Position numbers and translations under genes: made by a program. A DNA stretch of 63,102 nt, filler included, from a bacterium (lineage in GTDB: Bacteria; UBP15; UBA6099; JAJRTR01): the NCBI GenBank assembly GCA_024278215.1. It is 4 parts of 4 records of this genome, joined end to end, with 100 filler letters (N's around TTAATTAATTAA, not from the genome) between each part and the next. Parts side by side here need not be neighbours in the genome. Positions count along the whole stretch, not along the records: positions 1 to 30,939 come from JAJRTR010000070.1; 3 more parts are not named here. The stretch is one strand, 5' to 3'. This document shows positions 9,083 through 20,556 of the stretch, in pieces; position 1 is the stretch's first letter, and each line of letters begins with the position of its first letter. Below the pieces are notes generated by a model. It saw only the letters and a list, made by a program, of their open reading frames with translations, ran no database searches and had not been told where the DNA came from.

Positions 9083-10297
9083 ATGGCAGCAAAATCAATA
9101 CGTCCGACAAAACCGAGATTGAAAAAACAGAAGCGTCGCCCATGGTACATGTTCGTCGTCTATTTCCTCGTTTATTCACTTCTGCTCACAGCAGGTGTCG
9201 CTTTTTATATCTGGAAAGTCAACCCGGAAATAATAAAGTTCGAATGGAACTCTGAAGAAAGCAAACTCGACGGCATTAAGGAATTCAATATACTGCTGGC
9301 GGGTCAGGACGCGGGTTTTGGCGGTAACCGTACCGACACTATCATGGTCGGACACGTCTCACTCAAAGATAAATATGCCAACTTCATTTCCATCCCGCGT
9401 GACACCCGCGTTCGGATACCAGGGCATGGAATCGACAAAATAAATGCCGCGTATGCCTACGGCGGAACAGACCTGTTGCTGAAAACCGTCGAGGGGTTTC
9501 TCGGAGCCGATATCGATTTCTATGTTGTTTTCAGACTCGATGCCGCCATCAAACTTATCGATGCTATGGGCGGCGTGAATATCGATGTCGAGAAAAACCT
9601 CTACTATCGTGACCGTGCGCAAAACCTGTATATCAACCTGAAAAAGGGACGTCAGCACCTGGACGGCGAGAAGGCTGTGCAGTATGCTAGGTTCAGGCAT
9701 GACCAGATGGGAGACATCGGACGCATCGAGCGTCAGCAGAAGCTTCTGAACGCACTGGCTCGAAAGGCCACTTCTTATGAAATCATTAAACACCTGCCGA
9801 AAATTGTGTTCGAGCTTGTCAGGCAAAAACACATCGATACCAACCTTACCTTCAAAGATGCGATTATCCTGACGCGCGCCTACGATGATCAGATAGCGTC
9901 ATCCGTGCAGACTTTCTTGCTGCCCGGCGAACCCAGAGATATCGACAGCATCAGCTACATAGTTCCCGACATGGAGGAAGTACCCTACATGGTGGGTGGA
10001 ATACTCAGGGGGGGATTCCACCCGAGAAATAAACTTGTAAATATTATCGTGAAAAACGGTTGCGGCTCTCCCATGCTGGCTAAAAAATATAAGAAGCGTC
10101 TCGAATACTACGGCTTCGAAGTCATAAAAACTGAAAACGCCATGGATTTCGACTACGATAAAACAGTTGTAATCGTCAGGAAAAAGACTCCATTCGCCAA
10201 TGCCATTGCAAAACTTCTCATGGCCGAAAAGGAAACAGACCTCAAGCCGGATTCGATGGCTAACCTTGAAGTTATTCTCGGGAAAGATAAACTATAA
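9083..10297 (+). CDS. LCP (LytR-CpsA-Psr) protein with C-terminal LytR_C domain
   Basis: N-terminal TM; RTDTI, SIPRDT, KINAAY, ARFRHD..GDIGRIERQQ; C-terminal V.NGCG. Confidence 0.9.
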   Translation: MAAKSIRPTKPRLKKQKRRPWYMFVVYFLVYSLLLTAGVAFYIWKVNPEIIKFEWNSEESKLDGIKEFNILLAGQDAGFGGNRTDTIMVGHVSLKDKYANFISIPRDTRVRIPGHGIDKINAAYAYGGTDLLLKTVEGFLGADIDFYVVFRLDAAIKLIDAMGGVNIDVEKNLYYRDRAQNLYINLKKGRQHLDGEKAVQYARFRHDQMGDIGRIERQQKLLNALARKATSYEIIKHLPKIVFELVRQKHIDTNLTFKDAIILTRAYDDQIASSVQTFLLPGEPRDIDSISYIVPDMEEVPYMVGGILRGGFHPRNKLVNIIVKNGCGSPMLAKKYKKRLEYYGFEVIKTENAMDFDYDKTVVIVRKKTPFANAIAKLLMAEKETDLKPDSMANLEVILGKDKL

Positions 10298-10346
10298 CTG
10301 CCGATTGCAACTGAATCAGAATTTTGAAATCGGCACATAAGTTGTA

Positions 10347-10724
10347 TTGAAGAAAAAGGGGTACTATTTGAAAGCTGATAAAAGACTTGCCCGCATTCTG
10401 GCCGCGGAACTTTACGAAAAGATGGCTATGAACATCCAGTTGCTTGATGTCCGGCGTAAATGCGACTATTGCAACCATTTCCTGATACTGTCGGGAAAAA
10501 ACAAGATGCACCTTGACGCGCTGCGTGAAAAAGTGCGGGAGGTTATCCGCGACAGGGAGGTTGTAAGTTACGGAGAAGAAGGCGCTCCCGAATCAGGATG
10601 GATTATCATTGATCTCGGTCCCCTGATCATTCATATTTTCGATCCGTCGACACGTGACTACTACGATATTTTCGGCCTGTGGGGCGCTTCCACAGAAGTT
10701 GAGCTCGACCTCCCTGCCAAATAA
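10347..10724 (+). CDS. rsfS: Ribosome silencing factor
   Basis: WIIIDLG..IIHIF....RDYYD...LWG; conserved linkage to nadD. Confidence 0.85.
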   Translation: MKKKGYYLKADKRLARILAAELYEKMAMNIQLLDVRRKCDYCNHFLILSGKNKMHLDALREKVREVIRDREVVSYGEEGAPESGWIIIDLGPLIIHIFDPSTRDYYDIFGLWGASTEVELDLPAK

Positions 10725-10928
10725 AAAAGAACTGATCTTGCACCAAACTCATACACAACTTTACAACTTGTTTGATCCTGTTACAGATATTTGGTAAAAT
10801 AATCAATTGTCTTGAAAAATATTTGATGTTATTGTTATATGTCCGGACACATGCACTGGTGAAAAGGTATACGGGATGTAATCCGCAGTTTCGCCAATGC
10901 GGGCAAAGAGATATCGCCTGAAAGTGTT

Positions 10929-12308
10929 GTGAGAATGAACAGAATGAGAAAACACGATTGCAGTTGTTGTAAGGCATTGCATTTGTCGGCGATTGCGTTC
11001 TGCGTGTTCTCACTGATATTATTCTTGAGTGTCGGCGGCAATGCGCAGGATGACAGCGGCTTCGGAGGTTACGACACTTACGGGGGAGATTACGGAGCCG
11101 ATTACGGCGGATACGGCGGCCAGGATGTTATTTATGTCCCCGTGCCCTCCGGCACAGGAGGACAGCAGGGGCAGGGGACAGTAGTGATTCCCCAGGGGCA
11201 GGAAGGACAGCGCGGTAATGTGCCCGCACTCGACCAGCCCCTTATCCCTGAGGAATACGTTCTCAGTCCCGGTGACACATGCTCACTTCAGTTCTGGGGG
11301 CGGCTCAATACCACAAATAAATTCAGGATTACAGCCGACGGGACGGCATTTGTTCCGGAGATCGGCATCTTTAAAGTTGCGGGCAAAACGCTTTCAGAAT
11401 TCCGCGCGGAAATCGACGACAGAATTGCCGTCACATACATAAACGTGGAACATTATCTTCAGGTTACTACACCTCATACGCTTAAAGTGAAAATATATGG
11501 TCTTGTAGACAAGCCGGGCTGGTATCACTTCGCGGGGCCGACACGAGTGTCGGAAGCGATAGAAAAAGCAGGCGGTATTGCACCGCAGGGAACAGTGAAA
11601 AATGTAAATATTGTCAGGCGGGGCAGTGATCTTCCGACAAAATTTGATTTGTTCAGAGTGCGTAGTGGCGTGAAGCACGCGCCCGATCCTTATCTGCAAC
11701 CCGGTGACATGATTTATGTTCCGGTGATCACAAAGCGTGTCGAAGTCGCGGGCGAATTCATTCATAAGGGCATGTTCGAGATATCCGATGGAGAGACTCT
11801 TTATGAAATAGTGAAAGAGGCCGATGGGCCGGCGCTTTTCGCCGATCTCGACAAAGCGCACATAAAACGAAACGGTGCGGAAATACCGATTAAGCTTAAA
11901 GAACTTTACTTCGATCAGAACATGGCGTATGACATGGAACTTGAGATCGGGGACAAGATATTTGTTCCGAAGAGGCTTAATACGGTATATGTTGTTGGTG
12001 CCGTCATGAGGCCCGGCCCGGTAGATTATGATCCCTCATTTACTTTAATAGATTATATCGGCAAGGCACGAGGCCCGCACAGGGAGGCCGCTCTGCAGGC
12101 TGCTACTATCGTGCGCGGACCGCCCGACAATGTCGAGAAGATACGTGTGGATTACCGACGACTTCTGCGCGGTGATCCGCTCTATGAAAATCCACAGATC
12201 GAACCAGGCGACATAATTGTGATTCCGGCTGAAAACAACATGAATTTCAACGATATTTATAAAGCCATCTACGGCTCAGCCAGTGTTTTCGATATCCTGC
12301 GAAAATAA
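10929..12308 (+). CDS. Polysaccharide export protein (Poly_export + SLBB domains)
   Basis: Signal peptide, EYVLSPGD, repeated V.V.G.V..PG and L.PGD.I.VP motifs. Confidence 0.85.
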   Translation: MRMNRMRKHDCSCCKALHLSAIAFCVFSLILFLSVGGNAQDDSGFGGYDTYGGDYGADYGGYGGQDVIYVPVPSGTGGQQGQGTVVIPQGQEGQRGNVPALDQPLIPEEYVLSPGDTCSLQFWGRLNTTNKFRITADGTAFVPEIGIFKVAGKTLSEFRAEIDDRIAVTYINVEHYLQVTTPHTLKVKIYGLVDKPGWYHFAGPTRVSEAIEKAGGIAPQGTVKNVNIVRRGSDLPTKFDLFRVRSGVKHAPDPYLQPGDMIYVPVITKRVEVAGEFIHKGMFEISDGETLYEIVKEADGPALFADLDKAHIKRNGAEIPIKLKELYFDQNMAYDMELEIGDKIFVPKRLNTVYVVGAVMRPGPVDYDPSFTLIDYIGKARGPHREAALQAATIVRGPPDNVEKIRVDYRRLLRGDPLYENPQIEPGDIIVIPAENNMNFNDIYKAIYGSASVFDILRK

Positions 12309-12342
12309 CGATATTTCACCCTCATATTTCACCAATGCGGGC

Positions 12343-13437
12343 TTAACGGTTTTCCACGGCGGGTTCTATGTGTGTGGCCAGTATGTTGGCGATGAGCGCA
12401 TAGCCGGCCATTGTCGGGTGATAGTCGTCTCTTGCGGAAAAAAGATATTCTTTTTCAGGATGCGTGTCGAATATCCTGTCGATTCGCAACGCAACAAGTT
12501 TATTCTCATTGGCTGCTTCTATTATTGCGCTGTCGTAGCCGGCCAATTCGGGGAATCTGTCGAAGAGTGTCTGTTTCCTCGGCGGTACGACCATAATAAG
12601 TTTGAAGTTGTCGCGGCGCGACAATTCCACAAACTTATTTATGTCGTTCCTGAACTGTTCGACCGGCACACGACGCTTCATTACTCCATTCGCGCGAATT
12701 TTTTTCTTCGCTGATTTGCCGACCTGTATCATTTTTGTTATCAGTTGTGATATTCTGAAACGCCTGAGAACGTTCGACAGTGCGTCAACACCTCTGTTCG
12801 CCCTCAATATTTCGATCTGTTCATAGTCGGTGTGTTCCTGCCTGAATACTTCGTTGATTATCCCGATCATGATTATCACAAAATCCGGGTCAAAAGCGGC
12901 AACACTTTTTTCATAGTGAATAAGCGCCTGGGTACTGGTGTAGCCGATAATACCGCCGTTTATTACCTCTACTCGTCTTGACACACCTTTATTTTCCAGC
13001 TTCTCATTAAGCACCTTCTCCAGCAATGCCGGGTATGAATCCTGTGCGCGCACATTGAACCCAAAGGTTGAAGAATCGCCGAGACATGCGACTCTCACTG
13101 TGTTTTCAGGTTTGCCAAGGCTTATCTCCGGCCCTCTGAAACCATGCGAGTTTATTCTGTCATCATAGGTACCCGCCTGCGCGGGCTTGCCGTCAACCAC
13201 CGATACCGTCTTCATCACATGAACGGAATTCGGCTTTAATTTCCATATTGTATCCGGCGAAAACTCGAAGATGCTTTCATAGGAACCCATGCCGTATTTG
13301 TTCTTAACGACAATGGGATCATAGTCCGCCGCATAATTGAAACCGGCAACCCGGAGTGCAAGCTCGACAACAAGCAACAAGAATATCAGTGGGATAATCG
13401 AAAAGACGAATGTTTTTATTATGCCTGTTTTTTTCAT
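12343..13437 (-). CDS. SGNH/GDSL hydrolase with N-terminal membrane anchor
   Basis: INSHGFRG, LGDSSTFG, NGGIIGY and DDYHP motifs. Confidence 0.85.
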   Translation of the reverse strand: MKKTGIIKTFVFSIIPLIFLLLVVELALRVAGFNYAADYDPIVVKNKYGMGSYESIFEFSPDTIWKLKPNSVHVMKTVSVVDGKPAQAGTYDDRINSHGFRGPEISLGKPENTVRVACLGDSSTFGFNVRAQDSYPALLEKVLNEKLENKGVSRRVEVINGGIIGYTSTQALIHYEKSVAAFDPDFVIIMIGIINEVFRQEHTDYEQIEILRANRGVDALSNVLRRFRISQLITKMIQVGKSAKKKIRANGVMKRRVPVEQFRNDINKFVELSRRDNFKLIMVVPPRKQTLFDRFPELAGYDSAIIEAANENKLVALRIDRIFDTHPEKEYLFSARDDYHPTMAGYALIANILATHIEPAVENR

Positions 13438-13567
13438 TGCGGTTTTTGTTCGGCTATCACAGGATTAACATAAAAAACGCGATACACGATAGATTAACTT
13501 AATAAACTGTTGAACGCAATATCGTGTGCATGTAGAATCTTGGGATAATGAGATTCAGGAGCAGCTG

Positions 13568-14740
13568 ATGGTAAGGACAGGACTCGACAGAGTATTTGAA
13601 AGTCCGGTGATGAAATTTATCGAAGGCAGCAGGGTAGGGCTGATAGCCAACCCGGCGACTGTGGATTCGGACTTCAGGCATGCCGTGGATAAATTCGCGG
13701 AACGCGGTGAATTCGAACTCGCCGCACTTTTCGGACCGCAACACGGCATAAGGGGCGAGACTCAGGACAACATGATCGAATGGGAAGGCTATTCGGACCC
13801 GGCTCTTAACATCCCTGTATACAGTCTGTACGGAGAGCACAGGAAGCCGACGCAGGAAATGCTCGATGGACTTGATATTGTGGTTTTCGACGTGCAGGAC
13901 GTCGGCACTCGTATTTATACATTTATATGGACTATGGCTCTTGCCATGCAGGCTTGTGCCGAGGCTCGAATACCATTTGTAGTTCTCGACCGCCCCAACC
14001 CCATCGGCGGTGAGTGGGTCGAGGGGAATGTCCTTGATTCACGGTTCGCCTCTTTTGTGGGGCTTTACCCGATCCCGATGCGCCACGGCCTTACCATCGC
14101 CGAGCTTGCCATGATGTTCAATGCGGAATTCGGTATAAAATGCGACTTGCAGATTGTGGCGATGGAAGGCTGGCGCAGGGAGATGTTCTACGATGAGACC
14201 GGCCTGCCATGGGTGTTGCCGTCGCCGAATATGCCGACTCTCGATACGGCGGTCGTTTATCCCGGCTCTGTGCTTTTCGAAGGAACGAACGTCTCCGAGG
14301 GCAGGGGTACGACACGGCCGTTCGAGCTGATCGGCGCTCCCTGGCTCGATGCCGCACGTCTCGCGGGGGCGTTGAATTCTTTCGACCTTCCCTGTGTCCG
14401 CTTCCGGCCATGCCATTTCACGCCTGCCTTCCACAAATGGGAAGGGGAGATATGCAGCGGCGTACAGTATCACATTACCGACAGAAAAAGGTTCACTCCT
14501 TTTATGGCCGCGCTGCGCCTGCTTTCTGAAATAATGAAACAGGCACCGGACGATTTTCACTGGAAACAGCCGCCCTATGAATACGAGTACGAAAAATTGC
14601 CGATAGATGTGATGCTGGGCAATGACGAAATAAGGATTTCTCTGGAAAAAGGTGTTTCGCCGAATGAAATAGAAGCGCAATGGCAGGATGAAATAACAGA
14701 TTTTAAAGACAAAGCAAGGAAATACAAATTATACGACTGA
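13568..14740 (+). CDS. namZ: Exo-beta-N-acetylmuramidase NamZ / DUF1343 family
   Basis: LFGPQHG, DVQDVGTRIYT, LDRPNPIGG, SPNMP, SEGRGTTRPFE. Confidence 0.9.
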   Translation: MVRTGLDRVFESPVMKFIEGSRVGLIANPATVDSDFRHAVDKFAERGEFELAALFGPQHGIRGETQDNMIEWEGYSDPALNIPVYSLYGEHRKPTQEMLDGLDIVVFDVQDVGTRIYTFIWTMALAMQACAEARIPFVVLDRPNPIGGEWVEGNVLDSRFASFVGLYPIPMRHGLTIAELAMMFNAEFGIKCDLQIVAMEGWRREMFYDETGLPWVLPSPNMPTLDTAVVYPGSVLFEGTNVSEGRGTTRPFELIGAPWLDAARLAGALNSFDLPCVRFRPCHFTPAFHKWEGEICSGVQYHITDRKRFTPFMAALRLLSEIMKQAPDDFHWKQPPYEYEYEKLPIDVMLGNDEIRISLEKGVSPNEIEAQWQDEITDFKDKARKYKLYD

Positions 14741-14757
14741 ATCATACACCGGACCTG

Positions 14758-14786
14758 TTGACTCGACATATTCGCTTTGATAGAAT
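14758..14786 (+). promoter_or_regulatory. Sigma70 promoter of guaA-hpt
   Basis: TTGACT-17 bp-TAGAAT with extended TG. Confidence 0.55.
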
Positions 14787-14849
14787 GGCACTGGTACAGC
14801 GGAAGGCAGGAACATTACAAATCAAACTGTTCCCGGAACATATATCATT

Positions 14850-16409
14850 ATGGAAAATGATTTATTAAAAGGTAAAGAGAAAATAATTGTGCTTGATTTC
14901 GGGGCGCAATACAACCAGCTTATCGCACGCAGGATACGTGAATGCAACGTCTATTCCGACATACTGCCCTGCACAGCTACCGCTGAAGAAATAAAAACGA
15001 TAAATCCGAAAGCCATAGTTCTTTCCGGCGGACCGTCGAGTGTCTACGAAAAAGGCGCGCCGGGGATGGACCCTGAAATATTCCGGCTGGGTATTCCTGT
15101 GCTGGGAATATGCTACGGCATGCAGCTTATGACTCTTATGCTCGGCGGTAAAGTCACATCATCCGAATTTCGCGAATACGGACGAACCGAGATGAAAGTC
15201 CGCAAACCCGGCCTGCTGTTCAAGGACTTGAATCCTCAGTTGATATGCTGGATGAGCCACGGCGACTTTGTCGAAGAAGCGCCTCCGGGATTCGATGTCA
15301 TCGCCGCCACTATGAATACTCCCGTCGCGGCGATGGGCGACGAAAAGAAGAAACTTTACGGTGTGCAGTTCCATCCCGAAGTCGTACATACTCCATGGGG
15401 AATTGAACTCATTCGTAATTTTGTAAAAAAAGTCTGCAAGTGCAAAGCGGACTGGACGATGGAAGATTTTTGCGAAACATCCATTGAGCAGATACGCCGA
15501 ACCGTCAAAAACAAAAAAGTGCTTTGCGCTCTCAGCGGCGGAGTCGATTCCGCCGCGACCGCCGCGCTTATCCACAAAGCCATAGGAAAAAAACTTACCT
15601 GCATATTCGTCGACCACGGCCTTCTGCGGAAGGACGAAGGCATAAATGTCGCCGGCGTATTTAAGAAAAATTTCAGGATGAACCTCATACACATAGACGC
15701 CAGTGAGCGATTCCTGTCGAAGTTGTCGAAAGTATCCGCCCCGGAAAAGAAGAGACACATCATCGGCCATGAATTCATAAAAGTTTTCGACGAGGAAGCC
15801 AGAAAACTCGGCCAGATAGATTTCCTTGCGCAGGGCACACTATATCCCGACGTAATCGAGAGTGTATCCGTAGGAACAGGAAAGAAAACAACAATAAAAA
15901 GCCACCACAATGTAGGTGGTCTCCCGGATGACATGCGCTTTGAACTCATCGAGCCCCTGCGGTCACTGTTCAAAGACGAAGTGCGCGACCTCTGCACAGA
16001 GCTCGGCATACCGAAGGAAATCGCATGGCGCCAGCCTTTTCCGGGCCCCGGACTCGCCATCAGGATTATCGGACGAGTGACAAAAGAAAGAATCGAAATA
16101 TTGAGAGAAGCAGACGAGATTGTCCGGCAGGTAATATGGAACGCCGGCCTGCAATACGAAATATGGCAGGCCTTCGCAGTGCTCCCCTGCATAAAAAGTG
16201 TAGGGGTCATGGGCGATCAACGCACTTATGCCTATCCGATTATTATACGTGCGATTACCAGTCAGGACGGCATGACCGCCGACTGGTACAGGTTCGACCA
16301 CGATCTCCTCGAGAAAATGGCGAACAGGATCGTCAATGAAGTGAAAGGAGTTAATCGAGTAGCTTATGACATTACAAGCAAACCGCCCGGAACCATTGAG
16401 TGGGAATGA
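14850..16409 (+). CDS. guaA: GMP synthase (glutamine-hydrolysing)
   Basis: [45 protein letters not shown]. Confidence 0.98.
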   Translation: MENDLLKGKEKIIVLDFGAQYNQLIARRIRECNVYSDILPCTATAEEIKTINPKAIVLSGGPSSVYEKGAPGMDPEIFRLGIPVLGICYGMQLMTLMLGGKVTSSEFREYGRTEMKVRKPGLLFKDLNPQLICWMSHGDFVEEAPPGFDVIAATMNTPVAAMGDEKKKLYGVQFHPEVVHTPWGIELIRNFVKKVCKCKADWTMEDFCETSIEQIRRTVKNKKVLCALSGGVDSAATAALIHKAIGKKLTCIFVDHGLLRKDEGINVAGVFKKNFRMNLIHIDASERFLSKLSKVSAPEKKRHIIGHEFIKVFDEEARKLGQIDFLAQGTLYPDVIESVSVGTGKKTTIKSHHNVGGLPDDMRFELIEPLRSLFKDEVRDLCTELGIPKEIAWRQPFPGPGLAIRIIGRVTKERIEILREADEIVRQVIWNAGLQYEIWQAFAVLPCIKSVGVMGDQRTYAYPIIIRAITSQDGMTADWYRFDHDLLEKMANRIVNEVKGVNRVAYDITSKPPGTIEWE

Positions 16410-16938
16410 TCCGGCTCTGAAAATGATCTTCTCTGAAAAAGACATCAAAAAAGCCGTCAAAAAACTCGGGAAAAAGATATCGAAAGATTACGAAGGTAAA
16501 GACCTCTTCATCGTTGGTGTGATGAAAGGTTCTCTCATGTTCCTCTGCGATCTCGTGAGGCACATTTCAGTGCCGCTCACTTATGATTTTATGTCCATCT
16601 CCAGCTACGGCGCGGCTACGAAATCATCGGGAGTCGTACGTATTATGAAAGACCTCGACCTGCCCGTGGAAAGCAAGCACGTGCTGATCGTTGAAGACAT
16701 TATCGACTCGGGACTGACACTTCATTACCTCGTTAACCATCTTCAGGCCAGAAACATCACGAGCCTCAAGGTTTGCACTCTGCTCGACCGCCCCTACAGG
16801 CGCGAAGTGGATGTTGAAGTTCACTACAACGGCTTCGAGTGTACCGATGATTTTGTGGTAGGCTACGGGCTCGACTGGAACCAGAGATACAGGAACCTGC
16901 GCGACATCCACGCCATCGAGTTGCCGGCCATTCCATGA
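16396..16938 (+). CDS. hpt: Hypoxanthine phosphoribosyltransferase
   Basis: [13 protein letters not shown] and FVVGYGLD; start uncertain (TTG 16396 or ATG 16423). Confidence 0.93.
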   Translation: MSGNDPALKMIFSEKDIKKAVKKLGKKISKDYEGKDLFIVGVMKGSLMFLCDLVRHISVPLTYDFMSISSYGAATKSSGVVRIMKDLDLPVESKHVLIVEDIIDSGLTLHYLVNHLQARNITSLKVCTLLDRPYRREVDVEVHYNGFECTDDFVVGYGLDWNQRYRNLRDIHAIELPAIP

Positions 16939-16941
16939 TAT

Positions 16942-17751
16942 ATGAGCCTGTGTCTTATGCCTGTGTACGCGGAACTATTGAAAAGAATAAATGAAGCAGC
17001 CGACAGGGCGGCGGAGCTTGCGCTTTTATATTTCGGAAAAGTGCGCGGCTCGCTGAAAAAGGACAACTCTTATGTCACGCGCGCCGACATCGAGATCGAG
17101 AAGTATCTTCGCGAAACTCTGCCGAAAATCGTCGAGGGTTCTGTTGTCGTCGGCGAAGAAACAGACATATCGAACGATGAAATAGAGCAGATAAACAATA
17201 CGGAATGGGTCTGGGTGATCGACCCGATTGACGGCACGGCGGTTTTTATAGACGGACTTCCCTTTTTTTGCATCAGTATTGCTCTCGCGCACAATGGTGA
17301 ACCTTACGCCGGGCTTGTGCGATTCCCGGTAACCGGCGAAACCTACGAAGCGGTCGTCGGATGCGGCGCTTACTACAACGGCAACAGGCTGGACCTTTAC
17401 GGGGACACGAAAATACGTTTGGGGATGCCGCTGTATGTGCCGTCGAAATCGCATCTTAAATACATGAATTCATATCCCGGCAAATGCAGGAGCCTCGGGT
17501 CCGCGGCAGGCCATATATTGCTGGTTGCTCGCGGAGTTGCGAAAGGTGCCGTCGGCGAAGGCTCAGTGTGGGATTTTCTGGGCGCGTCTACTATTCTTCA
17601 GGAATCCGGCGGCAGTGTATGTTATATCGACGGAAACGAGATCGACTGGCCATCGGTGATCACACGACAGGAAAAACTGATGGCCCCCGTGCTCGCGGCA
17701 CTGCCCGGTTGCCGCGATGAACTTGCGGCTGTGATCAAGCCTGTCAAATAG
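16942..17751 (+). CDS. Inositol monophosphatase family protein
   Basis: VT.AD, GEE, WVIDPIDGT and WD motifs. Confidence 0.88.
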   Translation: MSLCLMPVYAELLKRINEAADRAAELALLYFGKVRGSLKKDNSYVTRADIEIEKYLRETLPKIVEGSVVVGEETDISNDEIEQINNTEWVWVIDPIDGTAVFIDGLPFFCISIALAHNGEPYAGLVRFPVTGETYEAVVGCGAYYNGNRLDLYGDTKIRLGMPLYVPSKSHLKYMNSYPGKCRSLGSAAGHILLVARGVAKGAVGEGSVWDFLGASTILQESGGSVCYIDGNEIDWPSVITRQEKLMAPVLAALPGCRDELAAVIKPVK

Positions 17752-17969
17752 TGGAGCGACCTGTCGAAAACCTGCTCCTGCCGGAATGTACATAAAGTGC
17801 ACGCTATCGATTCGATATACATGAACACCATTACAGCATATAAAAGCTACGGCATGGATCAATAAACATATAATCAAATGAGTGCAATTATTAACTATGG
17901 TTTATCAAATATCCCCTTATCCAGAAGCCTTTTTGTTGTTTTGCAGGCATTTTCAGGGGGGGAAGTTCA

Positions 17970-17988
17970 GGCTAAGTGAACGGTATTG
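17970..17988. mobile_element. Solo IS4-type terminal repeat (TAAGTGAACGGTATTG)
   Basis: Same end sequence at ~34170-34187 and at both ends of the 58590-58681 element. Confidence 0.6.
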
Positions 17989-18055
17989 GTGATAGCAGTA
18001 CAATATACATGTGCTGCATCAGAATCAGGATTTCACAACTGCAATAAAATATATA

Positions 18056-20446
18056 TCAACGAAATTCCACCGGCAGATGCGCTTTCATCGGCAGGCCTGG
18101 GCCGTCGGTAAAGTATAATGTCGCTGTGATTACGGCCTCTGCTCCGGCATCGGGACATGTGATTGTGAATGGTACATCCACAAATTCATTGCCGGGAATA
18201 GACACGCCCCTGCGCGCCGGCTCGACCCTCACACGGGGGTTGTTGCTCGACAGGCTTACCCGTGCGCTACGCGGAATCTCACCGCCAAGTATTCTCACTC
18301 CAACACTTGAAGGTATACCATATTTAAAACTTGTCCATTTGTTTGTAAAGAAAAAATGTTCAGGCGAGAAAACTGGCTTTGCGGCAGAAGTTGTAAATTC
18401 TCTTTCCATACCGCCATGTGATACATACGTGACAATGAAATCTGATTTTAATAGGGAATCATTTAAAATATCAATGCGGAGTTCGCCACCCGGGGTAAGC
18501 CTGTTTCTCCGGGCAATCATGTTTCCTTTCGACCTGCTGCCTGCATAGGTGATAATATTATATATTGAATTCGGTCCTCTCAAACGCAGCTTGAGAGAGC
18601 TTTTTCCTGAATGTACATTGTCGAGCTTCACATCGAAATCGCCGTAATCAAATGCGAGTTCATCGGCAAACAACATGCTACTGCCGATGTTTGCGTCTTT
18701 TTGCGGACCGCCTGTAACATCCGATAGTCTTGAGTACACGACACCGCCCGACAGTCCTGTTGCCACACACTTTTTCCAGAAATTATTCATGCTTGCGAGA
18801 ATCCTGAATAATGAGTTTCCCCTCGAATCCGCAGTCGTTTCTCCCCATCGCAGGAATGTCACCGGTTTACTGTTTTTGTTCAGCGCAGAGCCGGTCTCAC
18901 ATATTTGAGTGTCGAACGAGTTTGCGTCTTCTCCGTAAATATTGATTCCGGCATAATAAAAATCTGTAAAATCGGTGTCCAGCGGTCCCGAATATGCTAT
19001 AGGGCGTCTATAATGATCGAGCGCCCGGATAGTTTTCACCATTTCTATTATTTCTCTTTTGCTGCTTCCCGATATATCCCAATACAGGATATTGGGATAC
19101 TCTCTGAGTGCGAGCACTGTTTTTGCCCAGTCGGTGGACAGGACGGGAATCACCATAATCGCCTGCCGGGCTGTTTCCTTCATAATATCCGGTGCGGGTT
19201 CCGGAAGACGAATAGTGTTGACGCCAAGCGTATGCAACTTTTCGACCTGCTTTGCGATTTCTTTTCGATCCAGCGTCAACAGCCCGCCGGCACCGCCTGT
19301 GTATGTACCGCCGGGAATGCCTTCGACACCCTTAACCCTGAATTCGTCGGTATTGACGATAATGCTGTCGCTGGTCGCCACAATATGTGTTCCATTAAAT
19401 TGCAGGGCGGCTGTATCGCTGACACCGGCGGATGTTTTCAATGTCACAATTGCCGTATACTTTTCATAAACCGGACTGGTTTTCCATGAAAAGTCGACAA
19501 TTTCACCTCCGGGCTCCACCTTTGTCTCGATGCCGGTTGTGAATATCACATCACCCGACAGAGTGATGATCTTCAGTGAAACATCACAATCCGCCGGGTT
19601 CTCCATCATGTTGCCAAGCATCACGAATATCCGGTGTTCGATAAGTCCGTTCCATACAACATAGTTGGAAAGACGCTCAATCATATTTATAAAAACCGGC
19701 GGATGCGACACGAGATAGACATTCCCGGTGATGCCGGACAGTCCCTTGAAAGGTGCACTGTCGTGTTTCTCAATATAATGGCTTTTTCGCGCAGGATCAT
19801 TTACGACGCGCACGGCAATTGTGTTTTCTTCGCCGGGCTTCAATATGCCGCTGATGGGGAATGCGTTCGGCCAGTCCAGCAGCCACACACGCTGGTAAAC
19901 ACCGTGCTGGGTTTCCTCGAGAGGTGGTTGAAAAACCGGGAATTTCAGTTTTCTGCCATTCAGCCATACTTCCGCCTCATCCAGTGTCTGTTCGAATCTC
20001 AACCATGAATACTTTTTTTTCTTCGACGGCGTGAATGTATGTCTGTACCATAAAACGTTCTTTCCTTTAATACCCTGTGATTGCCATGCACCGGGAACAT
20101 TTATGGTTTTCCAGTCTGTATCGTCGAATTCCGCTATGTAAAAGCCAGGCAGGTTTTTTGTACAATATTTCCATTTCCCATTCAGGGTTTCTTTCTTACC
20201 GGGCCCGTACTCAGGAATAAAAACATCAGCGTATATGATATGATTTCTTTCGGCACCAAAAAGTATGTACACTGTACAAAGTAAGATAAATAATGCTTTT
20301 TTAATGTTTGCTATTCCCAAAGCAACTTTTCCAATTGGCTCGTTATCCGAATTTGCAAACTGAATGCCGGAACTCTTACAGGCCAAGTTCTGCTGCTTAT
20401 ATATTAACAGCACTATCTTTACATACACAAAAGTCGCGCCCGGCAC
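18056..20446 (-). CDS. Secreted GH2-like protein (sugar-binding jelly-roll + degenerate TIM barrel + Ig-like)
   Basis: LNGKWKY...FDDTDWKTINVPGAW..WYR, LKPGEENTIAVRV.N, LGVNTIR; start uncertain. Confidence 0.65.
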   Translation of the reverse strand: MPGATFVYVKIVLLIYKQQNLACKSSGIQFANSDNEPIGKVALGIANIKKALFILLCTVYILFGAERNHIIYADVFIPEYGPGKKETLNGKWKYCTKNLPGFYIAEFDDTDWKTINVPGAWQSQGIKGKNVLWYRHTFTPSKKKKYSWLRFEQTLDEAEVWLNGRKLKFPVFQPPLEETQHGVYQRVWLLDWPNAFPISGILKPGEENTIAVRVVNDPARKSHYIEKHDSAPFKGLSGITGNVYLVSHPPVFINMIERLSNYVVWNGLIEHRIFVMLGNMMENPADCDVSLKIITLSGDVIFTTGIETKVEPGGEIVDFSWKTSPVYEKYTAIVTLKTSAGVSDTAALQFNGTHIVATSDSIIVNTDEFRVKGVEGIPGGTYTGGAGGLLTLDRKEIAKQVEKLHTLGVNTIRLPEPAPDIMKETARQAIMVIPVLSTDWAKTVLALREYPNILYWDISGSSKREIIEMVKTIRALDHYRRPIAYSGPLDTDFTDFYYAGINIYGEDANSFDTQICETGSALNKNSKPVTFLRWGETTADSRGNSLFRILASMNNFWKKCVATGLSGGVVYSRLSDVTGGPQKDANIGSSMLFADELAFDYGDFDVKLDNVHSGKSSLKLRLRGPNSIYNIITYAGSRSKGNMIARRNRLTPGGELRIDILNDSLLKSDFIVTYVSHGGMEREFTTSAAKPVFSPEHFFFTNKWTSFKYGIPSSVGVRILGGEIPRSARVSLSSNNPRVRVEPARRGVSIPGNEFVDVPFTITCPDAGAEAVITATLYFTDGPGLPMKAHLPVEFR

Positions 20447-20556
20447 GCATGACTATTCTATACCCATAGCAGCAATCGGCACAATAGACACATTTTTTTG
20501 TCTCACTTCCGTATCTGTGCGAATCGGATATAGATATATAATATATTGAGGTTAGT

